Below are positions 13,584 to 26,683 of a stretch of 64,000 nt of DNA, piece by piece. The stretch comes from Octopus vulgaris (Eukaryota). Both the position numbers and the translations under genes were made by a program. The notes beneath the pieces were generated by a model, which searched no databases, was not told the origin of the DNA, and saw only the letters and a list, made by a program, of their open reading frames with translations. The stretch's first letter is position 1. Each line of letters starts with the position of its first letter. The stretch lies in contig OX597815.1 of assembly GCA_951406725.2 (NCBI GenBank), forward strand, positions 123,008,001 through 123,072,000. The letters are read 5' to 3'.

Positions 13584-14112
13584 CACACACATACACACAC
13601 CTGTTACTCTTATGTTCCACCCTCCGTTCTATTAGTAACATCAATTCTTTGATGTCTTGTAATATTTGTATGAGACAAAGACATTAAAACACATAGAAAA
13701 GCATCAATAATGTAAACAAATATGAATTATGACTCACGGGTGGAAATGTCATATTTTATTAACGTGCGAGAAATTAGTTACACAATTCATTCTAACTGAC
13801 AATTAGAAATCCCCAGACACAAGAACTATCTTAATTCAGAAATTATTGCGTAAAACTTGGTGAGCTCCAACAAGTTAGCTAGCTTGTATATAAGGTCCGT
13901 GTGAGTGACTTTGTCAAATATATATGTGTGGGTTGGTGGAGGTAAAAGATGTGTGCGCATGTGTATTGAGTGTGAGTAGCATACAACTAGTAGCGCACTG
14001 ACCAGTCAGCTGATTTGAAATAACAGTCTGTCAGATGGGTGGGGCGTTGCGTAGTGGATATCCTCATCTCTCACTCCCTCCCCCTCCATCCCTACCTACC
14101 TACCTACATACC

Positions 14113-14143
<31 letters not shown>

Positions 14144-14182
14144 TAAAGAAACAGACATATATACGGATGTATGCATATCCAG

Positions 14183-14274
<92 letters not shown>

Positions 14275-14480
14275 TGATTGATTGATTGATTGATTTCTAT
14301 AACCACACACATACAGCCTTCTTTCCTAAGACCCTGGTATAGATGTAAAGGCCCGTTATGACTTTCAGCGCATTTTGTGGGGTAATTTAAAACCTGGCAG
14401 GTTTGAACACAGCTGATTTCTTTGAGTGTGTGTGTGAGAGAGAGAGGTGGGGAGAGATAAAGAAACACAAGAGAGAGAGA

Positions 14481-14515
<35 letters not shown>

Positions 14516-14773
14516 TGAGAGAGGGAGAGAGAGAAAGAGAGGAAGGAAACAAGAAGTAGAATCACGGGTATTTTACTTATCGACCCCCGAAAGGATAAAA
14601 GGCAAAGTTCACTTCAGTAGGTTTGGAACCCGGAGATATAGAGAATTGGAAGGAGTATGTATGTATGTATGTATGTATGTATGCATGTATGTATGTATGT
14701 ATGTATGTATGTATGTATGTATGTATGTATGTATGTATGCATGCATGTATGTATGTATGTATGTATGTATGTA

Positions 14774-14814
<41 letters not shown>

Positions 14815-14955
14815 GCATGTGTGTATATACGTGTGCATATGTATGTACATATATACATATACATGTATATATATGTAAGCACACACACACGCACACACAC
14901 ACGCACACACACACATACACACACACACACACACACACATACACACACACATAAA
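13245..14955. repeat. Cluster of (CA)n, (TA)n, (CATA)n, (GATA)n and (GA)n microsatellites
   Basis: Directly visible; source of the many low-complexity ORFs. Confidence 0.9.
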
Positions 14956-14983
14956 CAGCTGGTTGCAAAAGAGAGTTATAATT

Positions 14984-15094
14984 GTCACTAAATGTGACTA
15001 GGGTGTTAAAAAAAACACCTAAATTGCGAGAAATGAAAAGCTTGCATTTCTAGCAATGTAGGTGTTTCTTAACACCCTAGTCACATTTAGTGAC
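14984..15094. repeat. 111-bp near-perfect palindrome/hairpin
   Basis: gtcactaaatgtgactagggtgttaa...aagctt...ttaacaccctagtcacatttagtgac; outer 26 bp perfect. Confidence 0.92.
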
Positions 15095-15147
15095 GTAGAT
15101 ATATATTTGTATGTATGTATGGGTGTATATATATTCGTATACAAAAT

Positions 15148-15242
<95 letters not shown>

Positions 15243-15319
15243 CTCTGATACGATACAAGTTAAGGTAGATGAGATGGATAAGATCGAATAGATATGACAT
15301 ATAGATAAGACACGAAATA

Positions 15320-15424
15320 GGCAAAGTCGACCTCGGCGGAATTTGAACTCAGAACGTAACGGCAGACGAAATACGGCTACGCATTTCGCCCGGCGTGCTA
15401 ACGTTTCTGCCAGCTCGACGCCTT
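15320..15424 (-). mobile_element. Family A SINE, 5' half
   Basis: Near-identical to the head of 21264-21487. Confidence 0.9.
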
Positions 15425-15784
15425 ACACACACACACACACACACACAGACACATACACACACACATATATATACATACATACTTATCACCAATTTATTCT
15501 CGTTAGTACATCTATATAAAGGAATTAGCATGCTAATGTTCACATGTGTGTATGCAGTGCGTGCGTGTGTGTGTGTGTGTGTATGAGAGAGAGAGAAACT
15601 CTTTAATTTTCAAACACAGTTACTAAGAATTTATTCATGAAAGTGGAAACGTAATAATTCTTTCTAAAATAGGCACAAAGACCTGAATTTTTTTTTTTTT
15701 TTTTTTTTTTTTGGTGGGGGTTGGTCTGGTAGATTACATCGACCTTACTGTTCAATAAGTGGTACTTATTTTAACGCCCCCCCC

Positions 15785-16030
15785 TTAAACAACCTTATTC
15801 AGGGACCTTTTGAGCGGAATGGGCTACTCAACCTGAAGAAAATTCTAACTGGGCCCCACCTACAAGGTCATGAGCTGTTTATCTTGATATGAGATCACCA
15901 TGTCGCGCACATATGGTTGTGATGCATGTGCCTGGTGTACCCTTATCAGATGGGTAGTCATGATGGGTATATTGGGCTTCGAATATTTTACCCCAGTGTC
16001 ACTTTGATGGCATCCGCTGCTCTCTCACTC

Positions 16031-16075
<45 letters not shown>
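15785..16075 (+). mobile_element. Probable retroposon 3' end with (AAT)n tail
   Basis: Block inserted into a SINE tail, ending ctctctcactc(aat)n; family not identified. Confidence 0.5.
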
Positions 16076-16076
<1 letters not shown>

Positions 16077-16077
16077 T

Positions 16078-16350
16078 ATTCTTTTAATGGCCATAAGGGC
16101 TAACATAAAAACAACATGAAATGACAAAACAGGACGATACAAAGGGTTTTAAAACGTGTTAACAAAAATAAAATTAAACAAATAAAACTCCCCATAGGGG
16201 GAGGCACTTTTAGGCTACTCCTGGAAAACCCCACAAAAGCCTCGGGTGCTTGACCAACAGGGCAAGAACCCTTTTATTTTTCACAGGTGCATACTCAAAA
16301 TGGATCCTTTAACACTGGCCATTTTCTGACATTCACCCAGCAAACAACAT
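16078..16350 (-). mobile_element. 3' end of a Tx1/L1-like LINE
   Basis: Minus strand gives a frameshifted C-terminus WVNV..KMASVKGSILSMHL*, then a 3' UTR ending tgttagcccttatggccattaaaagaata. Confidence 0.6.
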
Positions 16351-16359
16351 CGATAATAA

Positions 16360-16578
16360 TATTCTTTTCTACTAGAGGGCACAAGGCCTGAAATTTTGGG
16401 GAGGAGACTAGCCGATTACATCGACCCCAGAATCTTACTAGTACTTAATTTATTGACTCCGAAAGGGCGAAAAGCAAAGTCGGCCTTGGCGGCATTTGAA
16501 CTCAGAACGTAGCAACGGACGAAATGCCGATATGCATGTTGTCCGGTGTGCTATCGATTTTGCCAGCTCGCTGCCTTT
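16360..16578 (-). mobile_element. SINE family A (older tail)
   Basis: Tail ttctactagagggcacaaggcc, core and head ccagctcgctgcc. Confidence 0.9.
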
Positions 16579-16590
16579 ATAATAATAATG

Positions 16591-16652
<62 letters not shown>

Positions 16653-16749
16653 TTTTCCTTACCATGATGATGTAAAAGATGACTTCACTGTTTACGTAAT
16701 ATTACGAATGAATAAATGAATAAATAAATATATATTTATATTATATGTG

Positions 16750-16799
<50 letters not shown>

Positions 16800-17427
16800 A
16801 CTTGTTTTTCTTGGTTTTATATTCTAAATAGTTCTCGCAAATGTCCTTAAGCCTCACGCAGACAACAATGTAATCTTTATGTGAGAGAGATGCAGACTGT
16901 GCGAGCCGGTACAGTGCAAGAGTTTTATACCGGTCCCAGCCGTCGCACCATCACAGCTGCCGCTGTTTACACTGTTGCTGCTGCTGCTGTTTATACTGTT
17001 GCTGTGGCTGATGATTGTGATGATGATGATGATGATGATGACCACGATGCTGCTGCTGCTGTTGGCTGATTACATTGCGGGTTTACGCTGATGACACCAT
17101 TGGTCAAAACTGCGGCACTCTTCTCATTCTTCGTCATCCCAAATGATCCACATTGATTTACGAGTCCAATCTACCTTAAACAATTATTGTGTACAACACC
17201 ATTATCCTGATTCTTGCTGTTTACATTAATATTTTAATGAATTTTCCTTGCATGCAACATAGTATATTGTTGCCACTCCATGCACGCCATATATGCATAC
17301 ATACACATGTATACATGTGCGTGTGAGCATACACACACACACACACACATATACATGTGTACATATATATATATATATATATAAATTATATATTATATAT
17401 TATATATACGCACATATGTGTGTCTGT

Positions 17428-17666
17428 ATAGCTGCGTGGTAAGAAGTTTGCTTCCCAACCACATGGTTCCGGGTTCAGTCCCACTGCGTGGTACCTTGTG
17501 TCTTCTACTATAGCCTCGAGGCATTTGGTTGAGGGAAACTGAAAAGAAGCCCATGGTATATATGTTTATAAATTTAACCTTTGAAGGTATTTTTTAATAT
17601 GCTGGCCATTGAAAAAAATTTTTTTCGAAAAAATTGTATCCTACATTAAAGAGAGAGAGAGAGAGA

Positions 17667-17717
<51 letters not shown>

Positions 17718-17960
17718 ATGCGTGCGTTTGTGTGTGTCTTTGTGTTTCTGTTTGTCTCCCATCATCGCTTGACGACCTTTATTGGTGCGTTTACATCCCC
17801 GTGTCCTAGCGATTAGGCAGAAGAGGTGGATAGAATACATAGCATGCTTTAAGAATAATAAAAAAAAATACTGGGGTTAATTCCTTCGACTAAAATCCTT
17901 CAAAGGCGGTGCTCCAGCATGGCTGCAATGTAATGACCGAAAAAGTGAAAGATAAAGACG
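17428..17960 (+). mobile_element. tRNA-derived SINE family B, broken by microsatellites
   Basis: Head gctgcgtggtaagaagtttgcttcccaaccacatggttccgggttcagtcc; tail ggcggtgctccagcatggctgca. Confidence 0.8.
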
Positions 17961-18240
17961 TGTATACACCAGCGCGCGCGCACTTACAAAAACGGCCCAC
18001 ATATATCTGCATATATGTATAAAATGCATACACACATATATATGTATATACATACACAGACACCCCCCCCACACACACACATACACATACATGCATACAT
18101 GCATAATACATATATATATATATATATATATACATTCACACACATATATCTCCCCACATACACATGTACATGTGCGTATGTACGCGTGTATATGCGTGCG
18201 TATATAAATGCACACAACTATATGCATGTGTGTATATTCT

Positions 18241-18637
18241 TTTTTTCTACTTGTTTCAGTCATTTGACTGCGGCCATACTGAAGCACCGCCTTAAAGGGT
18301 GTTAGTCGAAGAAATCGACCCCAGGACTTATTCTTTGTAAGCCTAGTACTTATTCTATCGGTGTCTTTTACCGAACCGCTAAGTTACGGGAACGTAGACA
18401 CACAAGCATCAGTTGTTAAGCGATGGTGGGGGCACAAGCACAAACACAAATACATACATATTCATATGTATATACAACAGGCTTCTTCCAGTTTCCGTCT
18501 ACAAAATCCACTGACAAGGCTTTGGTCACCCTGAGGTTATAGTAGAAGACACTTACCCGAGGTGCCACGCAGTGGGACTTAATCCGGAACGATGTGATTG
18601 GAAAGCAAGCTTCTTTCCGCACAGCCTCGCCTGCGCC
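18241..18637 (-). mobile_element. SINE family B, full length
   Basis: Collinear with 36950-37317 and the reverse complement of 57593-57993. Confidence 0.9.
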
Positions 18638-18654
18638 TATTTATATATATATAT

Positions 18655-18771
<117 letters not shown>

Positions 18772-19076
18772 AAGCATACGTTCAAACATACACACAGACA
18801 CACATACACATACAAACACATACGCATATACAAACATGCATACATACATGCATACATCCATACGTACATACATACATACATACATACATACATACATACA
18901 TACATACATACATACATACATACATACATACATACATACCAACGAAGATAAACTCAGCTTCGGTCAGTATTAGACCATGCTATGCGTAATTCAATATCTC
19001 GTCGTCACATACCTTTAAACCCGTATAACTGAAACGTTAAATAATATTACTCAATACCTGTTGAGTACTCAATATA

Positions 19077-19132
<56 letters not shown>

Positions 19133-19152
19133 ATATATATATATTCAATATA

Positions 19153-19345
19153 TGACCGCGTGTGTATCGTTGGCGATTTTCTTTCTCCGTCTTCCCTTCC
19201 TTGGACCATTCTTTTTTCTACATTTCTGAGGAAACGTTAAATCCTCCTTCTTCCTTTCCTTTCCTGAGCGTCCAATAACACTATACATGTTCCACGTCCT
19301 CGCGTTGTTGTGTTTTCTCTTTGACCATGTTTGGATTAACTATAT
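19153..19345 (+). mobile_element. Penelope-like 3'/pLTR fragment (hammerhead stem II deleted)
   Basis: Near-identical to 46199-46400 except tttctgag|gaaacgtt replaces tttctgacgaagagctccgcttgaaacgtt. Confidence 0.65.
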
Positions 19346-19400
19346 ATACACACACACACACACAAACAATTACCCACCCACACACACACACACAGATATA

Positions 19401-19501
<101 letters not shown>

Positions 19502-19699
19502 CATACAATAAAATATAGGTTTTTCGGTACGCACGTATGTATGTATGTATGTATGTATGTATGTATGTATGTATGTATGTATGTATGTATGTATGTATGT
19601 ATGTATGTACGTATGTATGTATGTATGTACCTATGCGTGTATTCATGTATATATGTTTATATGCATGCATGCATGTATGTATACATGTATATATGTATG

Positions 19700-19832
19700 T
19701 ATCTTCCATTTTTTAATTATTATAAATCTTCCACTGAAGAGGGAGCCGGTTTCCAACAAAGATATAAGGTTCCATCGTTGGGATGCAGTTAACACAGACA
19801 AATTCACATTTTGAACCTGAGAAAAGTTTTGC
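19700..19832 (-). mobile_element. 3' end of an RLE-type LINE related to 29890-30000
   Basis: Shared ggaacctt...gtt(a/g)gaaaccgg motif; embedded in (CATA)n. Confidence 0.5.
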
Positions 19833-19863
<31 letters not shown>

Positions 19864-19877
19864 TGTATGTATGTATG

Positions 19878-19908
<31 letters not shown>

Positions 19909-20773
19909 TTTGTCTATTTCAGAACTATTATGTCAATCATATATTGCTCGTAAACGACCGGTGATGTATTCAGTCAATAATATCATGTTAAAATGGCCAC
20001 TTTACGAAAAAACCGTTTTTCATTTCTTTTACCATGGACACCATTGATCTTTGTACATTGACTCTAAATGAGTTTTTATCTGACTCATAATATCAGCCCT
20101 CTTCCTAACCACAGAAAAAAGATATGAAAATTTGCCTCTCTATTGTATGTCTAATATTCTTTCTTCGTTATGGTAATAGGCAATTTTAAAATTTTAAAAC
20201 CATGAGTTTGTCAATCGTAATTTTATTAAACATTACAGCAATTTTGCCTCCCTTTTTAATATTTTTACCTTCATAGTTCAACCCCATTAAAACACTGCTC
20301 TAATCATAATTTTCTACATGGTCAGTCGAAATATTAGGAATAGTAGCTACCAGATCTTCGTAAATTCACACTGAGCTGTCTTTAAAGAAAGTACACATTG
20401 GTTAATCCAATGTGTACTATGAAAAAAAAAATCAAGGTGGTATGGTCCCCGCTGAAGTACTTTCATCATGTATCTGTTCGATCAAAGCTGAATTGGAGTT
20501 AATCACAAGCAACAACAATAGGGTTTTATTTAAGTCAGGTTTGGCTACTGTTTTAAATATAGAGTCACTCGGGTAGAGGCACTAGCATAGAGGCACCCAT
20601 GTTAGCTCTTGCAACTAGTGTGAGTGCATCGATGACAGCAGGAAATAATTGTTGTCTGTGTACTTGTTTGTTAGGTCCAAAGACCATCCCAAATCGTTAG
20701 CTCTGTTGCAGCATATGTTTGTGTATACACACACGCACGCGCGCGCACACACACACACATACACACACACATA

Positions 20774-21904
20774 CGAGGTGGTATCAAAAGGCTCCTGGAC
20801 TAGTTATAATTAATAAAAATTAAGTAATTTACCTAAATTTTAACATCATCTCCTTCGAAATAATCATCTTGCGCAGCGCAGCAATACACCGGTCCCAGTG
20901 TTCCTGCCACTTTTGGAATCCGAAGTTGTTCCGTAAACGAGTCGAGAACTTTCTGTGATTCGCTCTGGATCTCAACAACGGTGTTAAAACGACAACCTTT
21001 GAGCTGCATTTTCCTCTGGGGGATGAGATGGAAGTCCGCAGATGCTAAATTTGGCGACTAGGACGGGTGTGGAAGCGATACCATATTGTTTTTGGCAAGA
21101 AACTCATGGGTGGGAAACGTCTGTCGTGAAGAATCCAATTCTTCGCACTCCACAGATCCAGTCGCTTTCTCCGAATGTCCTCCCTCAAACGCTTCAAAAC
21201 GTTGCAGTAGAAATCTCGATTGACGGTTCAGCCCTGGGGGACGAATTCTCGATGCACAATACCTATTTCTTTACTACCAAGGGCCAAACACAGAGAGGAC
21301 AAACAAGGACAGACACACGGATTAAGTCGATTATATCGACCCCAGTGCGTAACTTTTCTACTTATTTAATCGACCCCGAAAGGATGAAAGGCAAAGTCAA
21401 CCTCGGCGGAATTTGAACTCAGAACGTAACGGCAGACGAAATACGGCTACGCATTTCGCCCGGCGTGCTAACGTTTCTGCCAGCTCGATGCACAATACCA
21501 CGTTTCTGGGGGTGACGCTTATGGCAGGTCTTCCAGATCGCTCATCGTTTTCCAGGGACGCTCTTCCGCTTTTGAACCGCCTGTTCCACTGGAAACGTTT
21601 CGCACGACCCATTGCCTCGTCACCGTAACCGTAAGCTTACTGAGGCATAGTCAATATTTCTGTAGCAGACTTCCCAGGTTTAACTCAACATTTCACATTG
21701 GCCCTTTCTTCCTCTCAATGACAAAATCGCAGACTACAGTATACACGTGATCACAAAAACACAAATTTCACCAACTTGCGAAGTAAACACAGCGATGTCA
21801 CTCGGCACCACTGCCTCATAAAGGTCACTGCTAGCTCTCATTGCACACGCAACCGTGTGCTGCCATCTTTTGGCGCCCTACAGAAATGTTTTGATACCAA
21901 CTCG
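20774..21904 (-). mobile_element. Internally deleted mariner element
   Basis: TA-cgaggtggtatcaaaa...ttttgataccaactcg-TA; transposase remnants RFKSGRASLENDERSGRP (HTH) and FQKWQEHWDRC...YFEGD (C-terminus). Confidence 0.85.
21264..21487 (-). mobile_element. Young family A SINE (Tx1-like tail) inserted in the mariner
   Basis: TSD (ctc)gatgcacaatacc at 21248-21263 and 21484-21499. Confidence 0.92.
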
Positions 21905-22132
21905 TATTGAATGATCCGATGGGTTCTTATTACTAAAATAAACTATAACACTCTGCTACGGTATTGGGTATTTTTGCTCTCATTCGATAAAAACCAACGA
22001 AGGATGATAAGTGCATGCGCGCGAGCATGCGTGCGTGTGTACGTGCGCGCGCTCGTACTTACGTATACCTTGATTGAATTCGCCAAGTTTACATCGAGAA
22101 AGACAAATGCGAAAATGTAGATTCATAAAGAT

Positions 22133-22915
22133 ACAGGCGTGGTTGTGTGGTAAAAAGCTTGCTTCCCGACCACATGGTTTCGAGTTCAATAGTACAGCGT
22201 GGGATCTTGAGCAAGTGTCTTTTACTATAACCCCGGGTCGACCGAAACCTTGTGAGTGGAATTTGTCAGAGGAATAGACAGAAACTGAAAGAAGCCTGTT
22301 GTATATATATATACATGTGCATATATATATATTTGTGTGTGTGTGTGTGAAGGCGCATGGCTCAGTGGTTAGAGCGTCGAGCTTACGATCGTGAGGTTGT
22401 GAGTTCGATTTCCGGACCAGGCTGCGTGTTGTGTTCTTGAGCAAGACACTTTATTTCACGTTGCTCCAGTTCACTCAGCTGTAGAAATGAATTGTGACAT
22501 CACTGGTGCCAAGCTATATCGGCCTTTGCCTTTCCCTTGGATGACACAGATGGCGTGGAGAGGGGAGGCTGGTATGCATGGGCGACTGCTGGCCTTCCAC
22601 AAGCAATCTTTCCCGGACTTGTGCCGCGGAGGACAACTTTCTAGGTGAAATCTCATGGTCATTCATGACCGAAGGGGGTCTCCTCCATATATGTATGCGT
22701 GTCTGTTTGTGTCTGTCCTTTCACCGCTTGTCAACTTGTGTTGGTTTGTTTACGTCTCTGTAAATTAGTGGTTCGGCAAAACAGACCGATACAATTAGTA
22801 CCAGATTAACAAAAAACGTAATGGGGGTCGATTTGATCGACTAAAAACCTTTGAGGGCAATGCCGCAGCATGTTCGCAAACCAACGACTGAAGCAAGTAA
22901 CAGATGAAAATTAAA
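22133..22915 (+). mobile_element. SINE family B interrupted by a family C SINE
   Basis: Head at 22133-22310, tail at 22700-22915. Confidence 0.8.
22349..22680 (+). mobile_element. SINE family C, full length
   Basis: A box tggctcagtggt, B box gagttcgatttcc; homologous to 10371-10708. Confidence 0.92.
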
Positions 22916-24077
22916 AGGGGAGTGGGGGCGGAAATATGATGATCTCGACGAAATTTCAACGATAGATAGATATTAAAGCAACAAACTCTTTAATACAAGG
23001 CAACTAGTGAAGCTCACTTTCACTGTATAAACATGTTTGATTTGACGCTGATATGCATTTTATGGTGCGTAGTTCATACGGTGTTTTCTTTATACTGCAT
23101 CAGCGCATAAGTAGGAAACTAAACTCAGTATAATGCAATGAGATTTGCAAAATTCAGCAAATACATGCGCTATGTCCCAGCATTCTAAATCGGATTCGTT
23201 ACAGCTGTTTCAACGGTTGAAATACGAGCGTCCTCTTTAATGTAATTACTTCATATACAGGAATGCATAATTAATTAATTATAATTATAATTATAATTAC
23301 TTTAAATGATATAGATGAAGCCGTTTCATCAGGAAATAAAATTGAAATATATGTATATATGCACGTGTGTGTGTTATAAATATATATGTATTTATTTGTA
23401 TGTATGTATGTATGTATGTATGTATGTATGTACGTACGTATCTCGTCGAAAATGTGCGATAAACTAGTAACAGCGATTATTTCTATTTGCTTTATAAAAA
23501 AAGGCTCAAAGGTACTTTTTGGATTTGTACTCGATATATTCGACTGTTTTCAACGTCAGAAAAATGAATGGCAAAATTAATCCTTATGGGACTTTAACTT
23601 AAATATTTATGTACCTTCTTCAGTTACTCTTACGGCATTAAAACAATACGATTGCCTGCCGGAAGAATAGATGAGTTGTAACGTTTCGGATACAGATCTT
23701 TTTTCGTATATATACCTTCTAAAATACTTGTTTAGTGTTTTGCTTTGTTTTTTATGCGATTTGTTTGAAAACTTAGAAATCATCTATTCTCACAACTCAA
23801 GACCTTATCTTAATGGATTTTAATAGTCGTTCGTTATATGCATGGCTGCGCTGATTATAGCTAACATCCTTGGATATTAGACTTCCTTCTCTCTTTGCTT
23901 TACTCTTTTCAACTCATTTCGTTTCTCATCTGTTGCGGGTATATCCCCAATTTGTCTCGAAGCTCAAAATATCGATGACGCATTTTAAGAGTGTCAAAGA
24001 AGAATACTTTCATTGCAATCATGAAATACTCTACCATCCTGGTATTTAAGTAACTAAATCGATTGCACACATGCTCG

Positions 24078-24123
<46 letters not shown>

Positions 24124-24276
24124 TAAACACAAACACACATACGCACGCATATTAATACTTGTCTCTTCTTGACTGACTTTTTATCAATTCAGTTCAGCTG
24201 CTACATTCTGAAGGTCACCTCGCTTTATCTGACAGATTACGATGACCAGATCAATTTAGTTTCCATGCTATTTCAA

Positions 24277-24343
<67 letters not shown>

Positions 24344-24749
24344 CTTGGAATTCCTCAAATGGTGTTATTCCTTTGATGAATTCATAAGAGAAGCATACCA
24401 ATATCTTTTGACAATATGCATGAATATCATAATAATATACTTTATTAATACATATTGAGAATAATTTAAGTTAGACTGGTAGAATCAGTAGAATGCCAGA
24501 TCAAATGCTAAATGTATTTTAGTTTCCTTTCTTTACGTTCTCAGTTCGAACATTAATAATGTTGGTTTTCGCTTAGAATTCTTCCCGTGAGTCGATAAAA
24601 TAAATACCAGTAAAGCGTTGGGTTGGTTTTCTTAAATATTCACGTCTCCAACCCACCTCCCACCAATTTTGGGGTTTGTCTTCCATGTCAGAAATCAATG
24701 TTATAATTCGTTTGAGTGTATTGATGTAATTACATTTGTTTTATTGTAT

Positions 24750-24765
24750 GTATGTATATATATAT

Positions 24766-24862
<97 letters not shown>

Positions 24863-24934
24863 GTATATATATATGTATATATATATGTATATATATATGT
24901 ATATATATCGTATATATATGTATATATGTGTATA

Positions 24935-24994
<60 letters not shown>

Positions 24995-25030
24995 GTGTAT
25001 GTATGTATGTATGTATACACGCGCGCGCGC
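24750..25030. repeat. (TA)n-rich compound microsatellite
   Basis: Directly visible. Confidence 0.95.
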
Positions 25031-25827
25031 ATACATGCATATGCTTTGAAACGTCAGAAACTTAACCGCATTAACTACCCCCTTTACTCTCAGGAATAGT
25101 CTCTGTACAAAGCTGTGGAATTAATATTTTGTGGATATGTGTGTATTTGTGCTGTTGTTGATGAAGATGGTCATGATGGTCATGATGATGCTGGTGGTCG
25201 TGATGGTGAGTGATGCTGGTGTATGGTGGTGGTGGTGGTGGTGGTGGTGGTGGTGGTGGTGGTGGTGGTGGTGGTGATGATGATGATGATGATATTAACC
25301 TCACGCATTGAAGAAGTATTTGCTGTCGCTAAAATAGACAATTTGATTTGTAACGACCGACAGTTAGTTGTTATATTATGTACGATGATGAAAAATAGTT
25401 AACTGACATAAAAAAAAGGAAAAAAAAAAGAACCTAATAGATGTGAGAGATTATCAAACAGACAGTTGCAAGTAGCAAATATTTTATTATATATTCTCTT
25501 TAAGCTTAAATAACTTACCACCTCTCCTCTTCGTTGCTTTAGAATTAATTGCATGCTTAATTAAGAAGATTTTATTTTTAATGATGAGTAAATAACTTTG
25601 GCTTGTGAATTTTCCCGTTCAACCTCTGAACCTCTCTCGCTCTCAACAACAAGATCATATATGATAAATTGAGACACATGCGCATGTACAAAGTCATTGC
25701 GCTTTCTCTTTTCTTCAACTGACCACCATTCTTATCTGGCAGGTAAAATTGTTTCAAATATGAATGTTATGGAGTGGGGGTTCTATATGCAAGCTATATT
25801 CAAGCTATCTTCTCTGATACATCTCAC

Positions 25828-25925
25828 AGTGTGGCCGCACCTTGAGCAAGTGTCTTTTCTGCTATGGTCGTCTCGGGTTGGCTAATCTGTGTAAGTGAAT
25901 TTGATGGAACAAAAATGGATCCAAG

Positions 25926-25991
<66 letters not shown>

Positions 25992-26258
25992 GCGTTTGTG
26001 TGAGTGTGTGCGGAGAGAGAGAGAGAGACATACATATATACTCACGCATGCACATGTCTGTATACGTATACGTGTGTGCGTGCATCTTTGTGTTTAATCT
26101 CTTGCTGCTTGACAACGGTGCTGGTTTGCAGTTCGACCAAATAGAACAATACAATAAATGTCAGACTTAAAACAAATACTGGGGTCGATTTGATCAACTA
26201 AGCCCTTCAAGGCTGTGCCCTAGCATGGCCTCAGTCCAATGATCGAAATCAGCGAAAG
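25828..26258 (+). mobile_element. Degenerate SINE family B
   Basis: ccttgagcaagtgtctt core and ctggggtcgatttgatcaactaagcccttcaagg tail. Confidence 0.7.
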
Positions 26259-26264
26259 AACTAT

Positions 26265-26683
26265 AATCTTTTCTACCCTAGGTACAAGGCCCAAAATTTG
26301 GGGCGGGGGTCTGTCGATTAAATCGACCCCAGTACGCAACCGGTATCAACCCCGAAAGGATGAAGGGCAAAGTCGACCTCGGCGGAATTTAAACTCAGAA
26401 CGTAAAGTCAGATGAAATACCGCTAAGCATTTCGCCTGGCATACAAACGTTTCTTATTTCTTTACTGCCCACAAGGGGCTAAACATAGAGGGGACAAACA
26501 AGGACAGACAAAGGGATTGTGTCGATTACATCGACCCCAGTGCGTAACTGGTACTTGATTTATCAACCCCGAAAGGATGAAAGGCAAAGTCGACCTCGGC
26601 TGAATTTGAACTCAGAACGTAATGGCAGACGAAATACCGCTAAGCATTTCGCCCAGCTCACCTTTCTGCCAGCTCGCCGCCTT
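26265..26683 (-). mobile_element. Young family A SINE (26453-26682) nested in an older family A SINE
   Basis: Two tandem cores; the inner copy carries the tail ttatttctttactgcccacaaggggctaaac. Confidence 0.88.

Noticed and set aside
22349-22420. tRNA genes at SINE heads
   Set aside because: A and B boxes are present, but there is no closed acceptor stem and each continues into a repeated SINE body.
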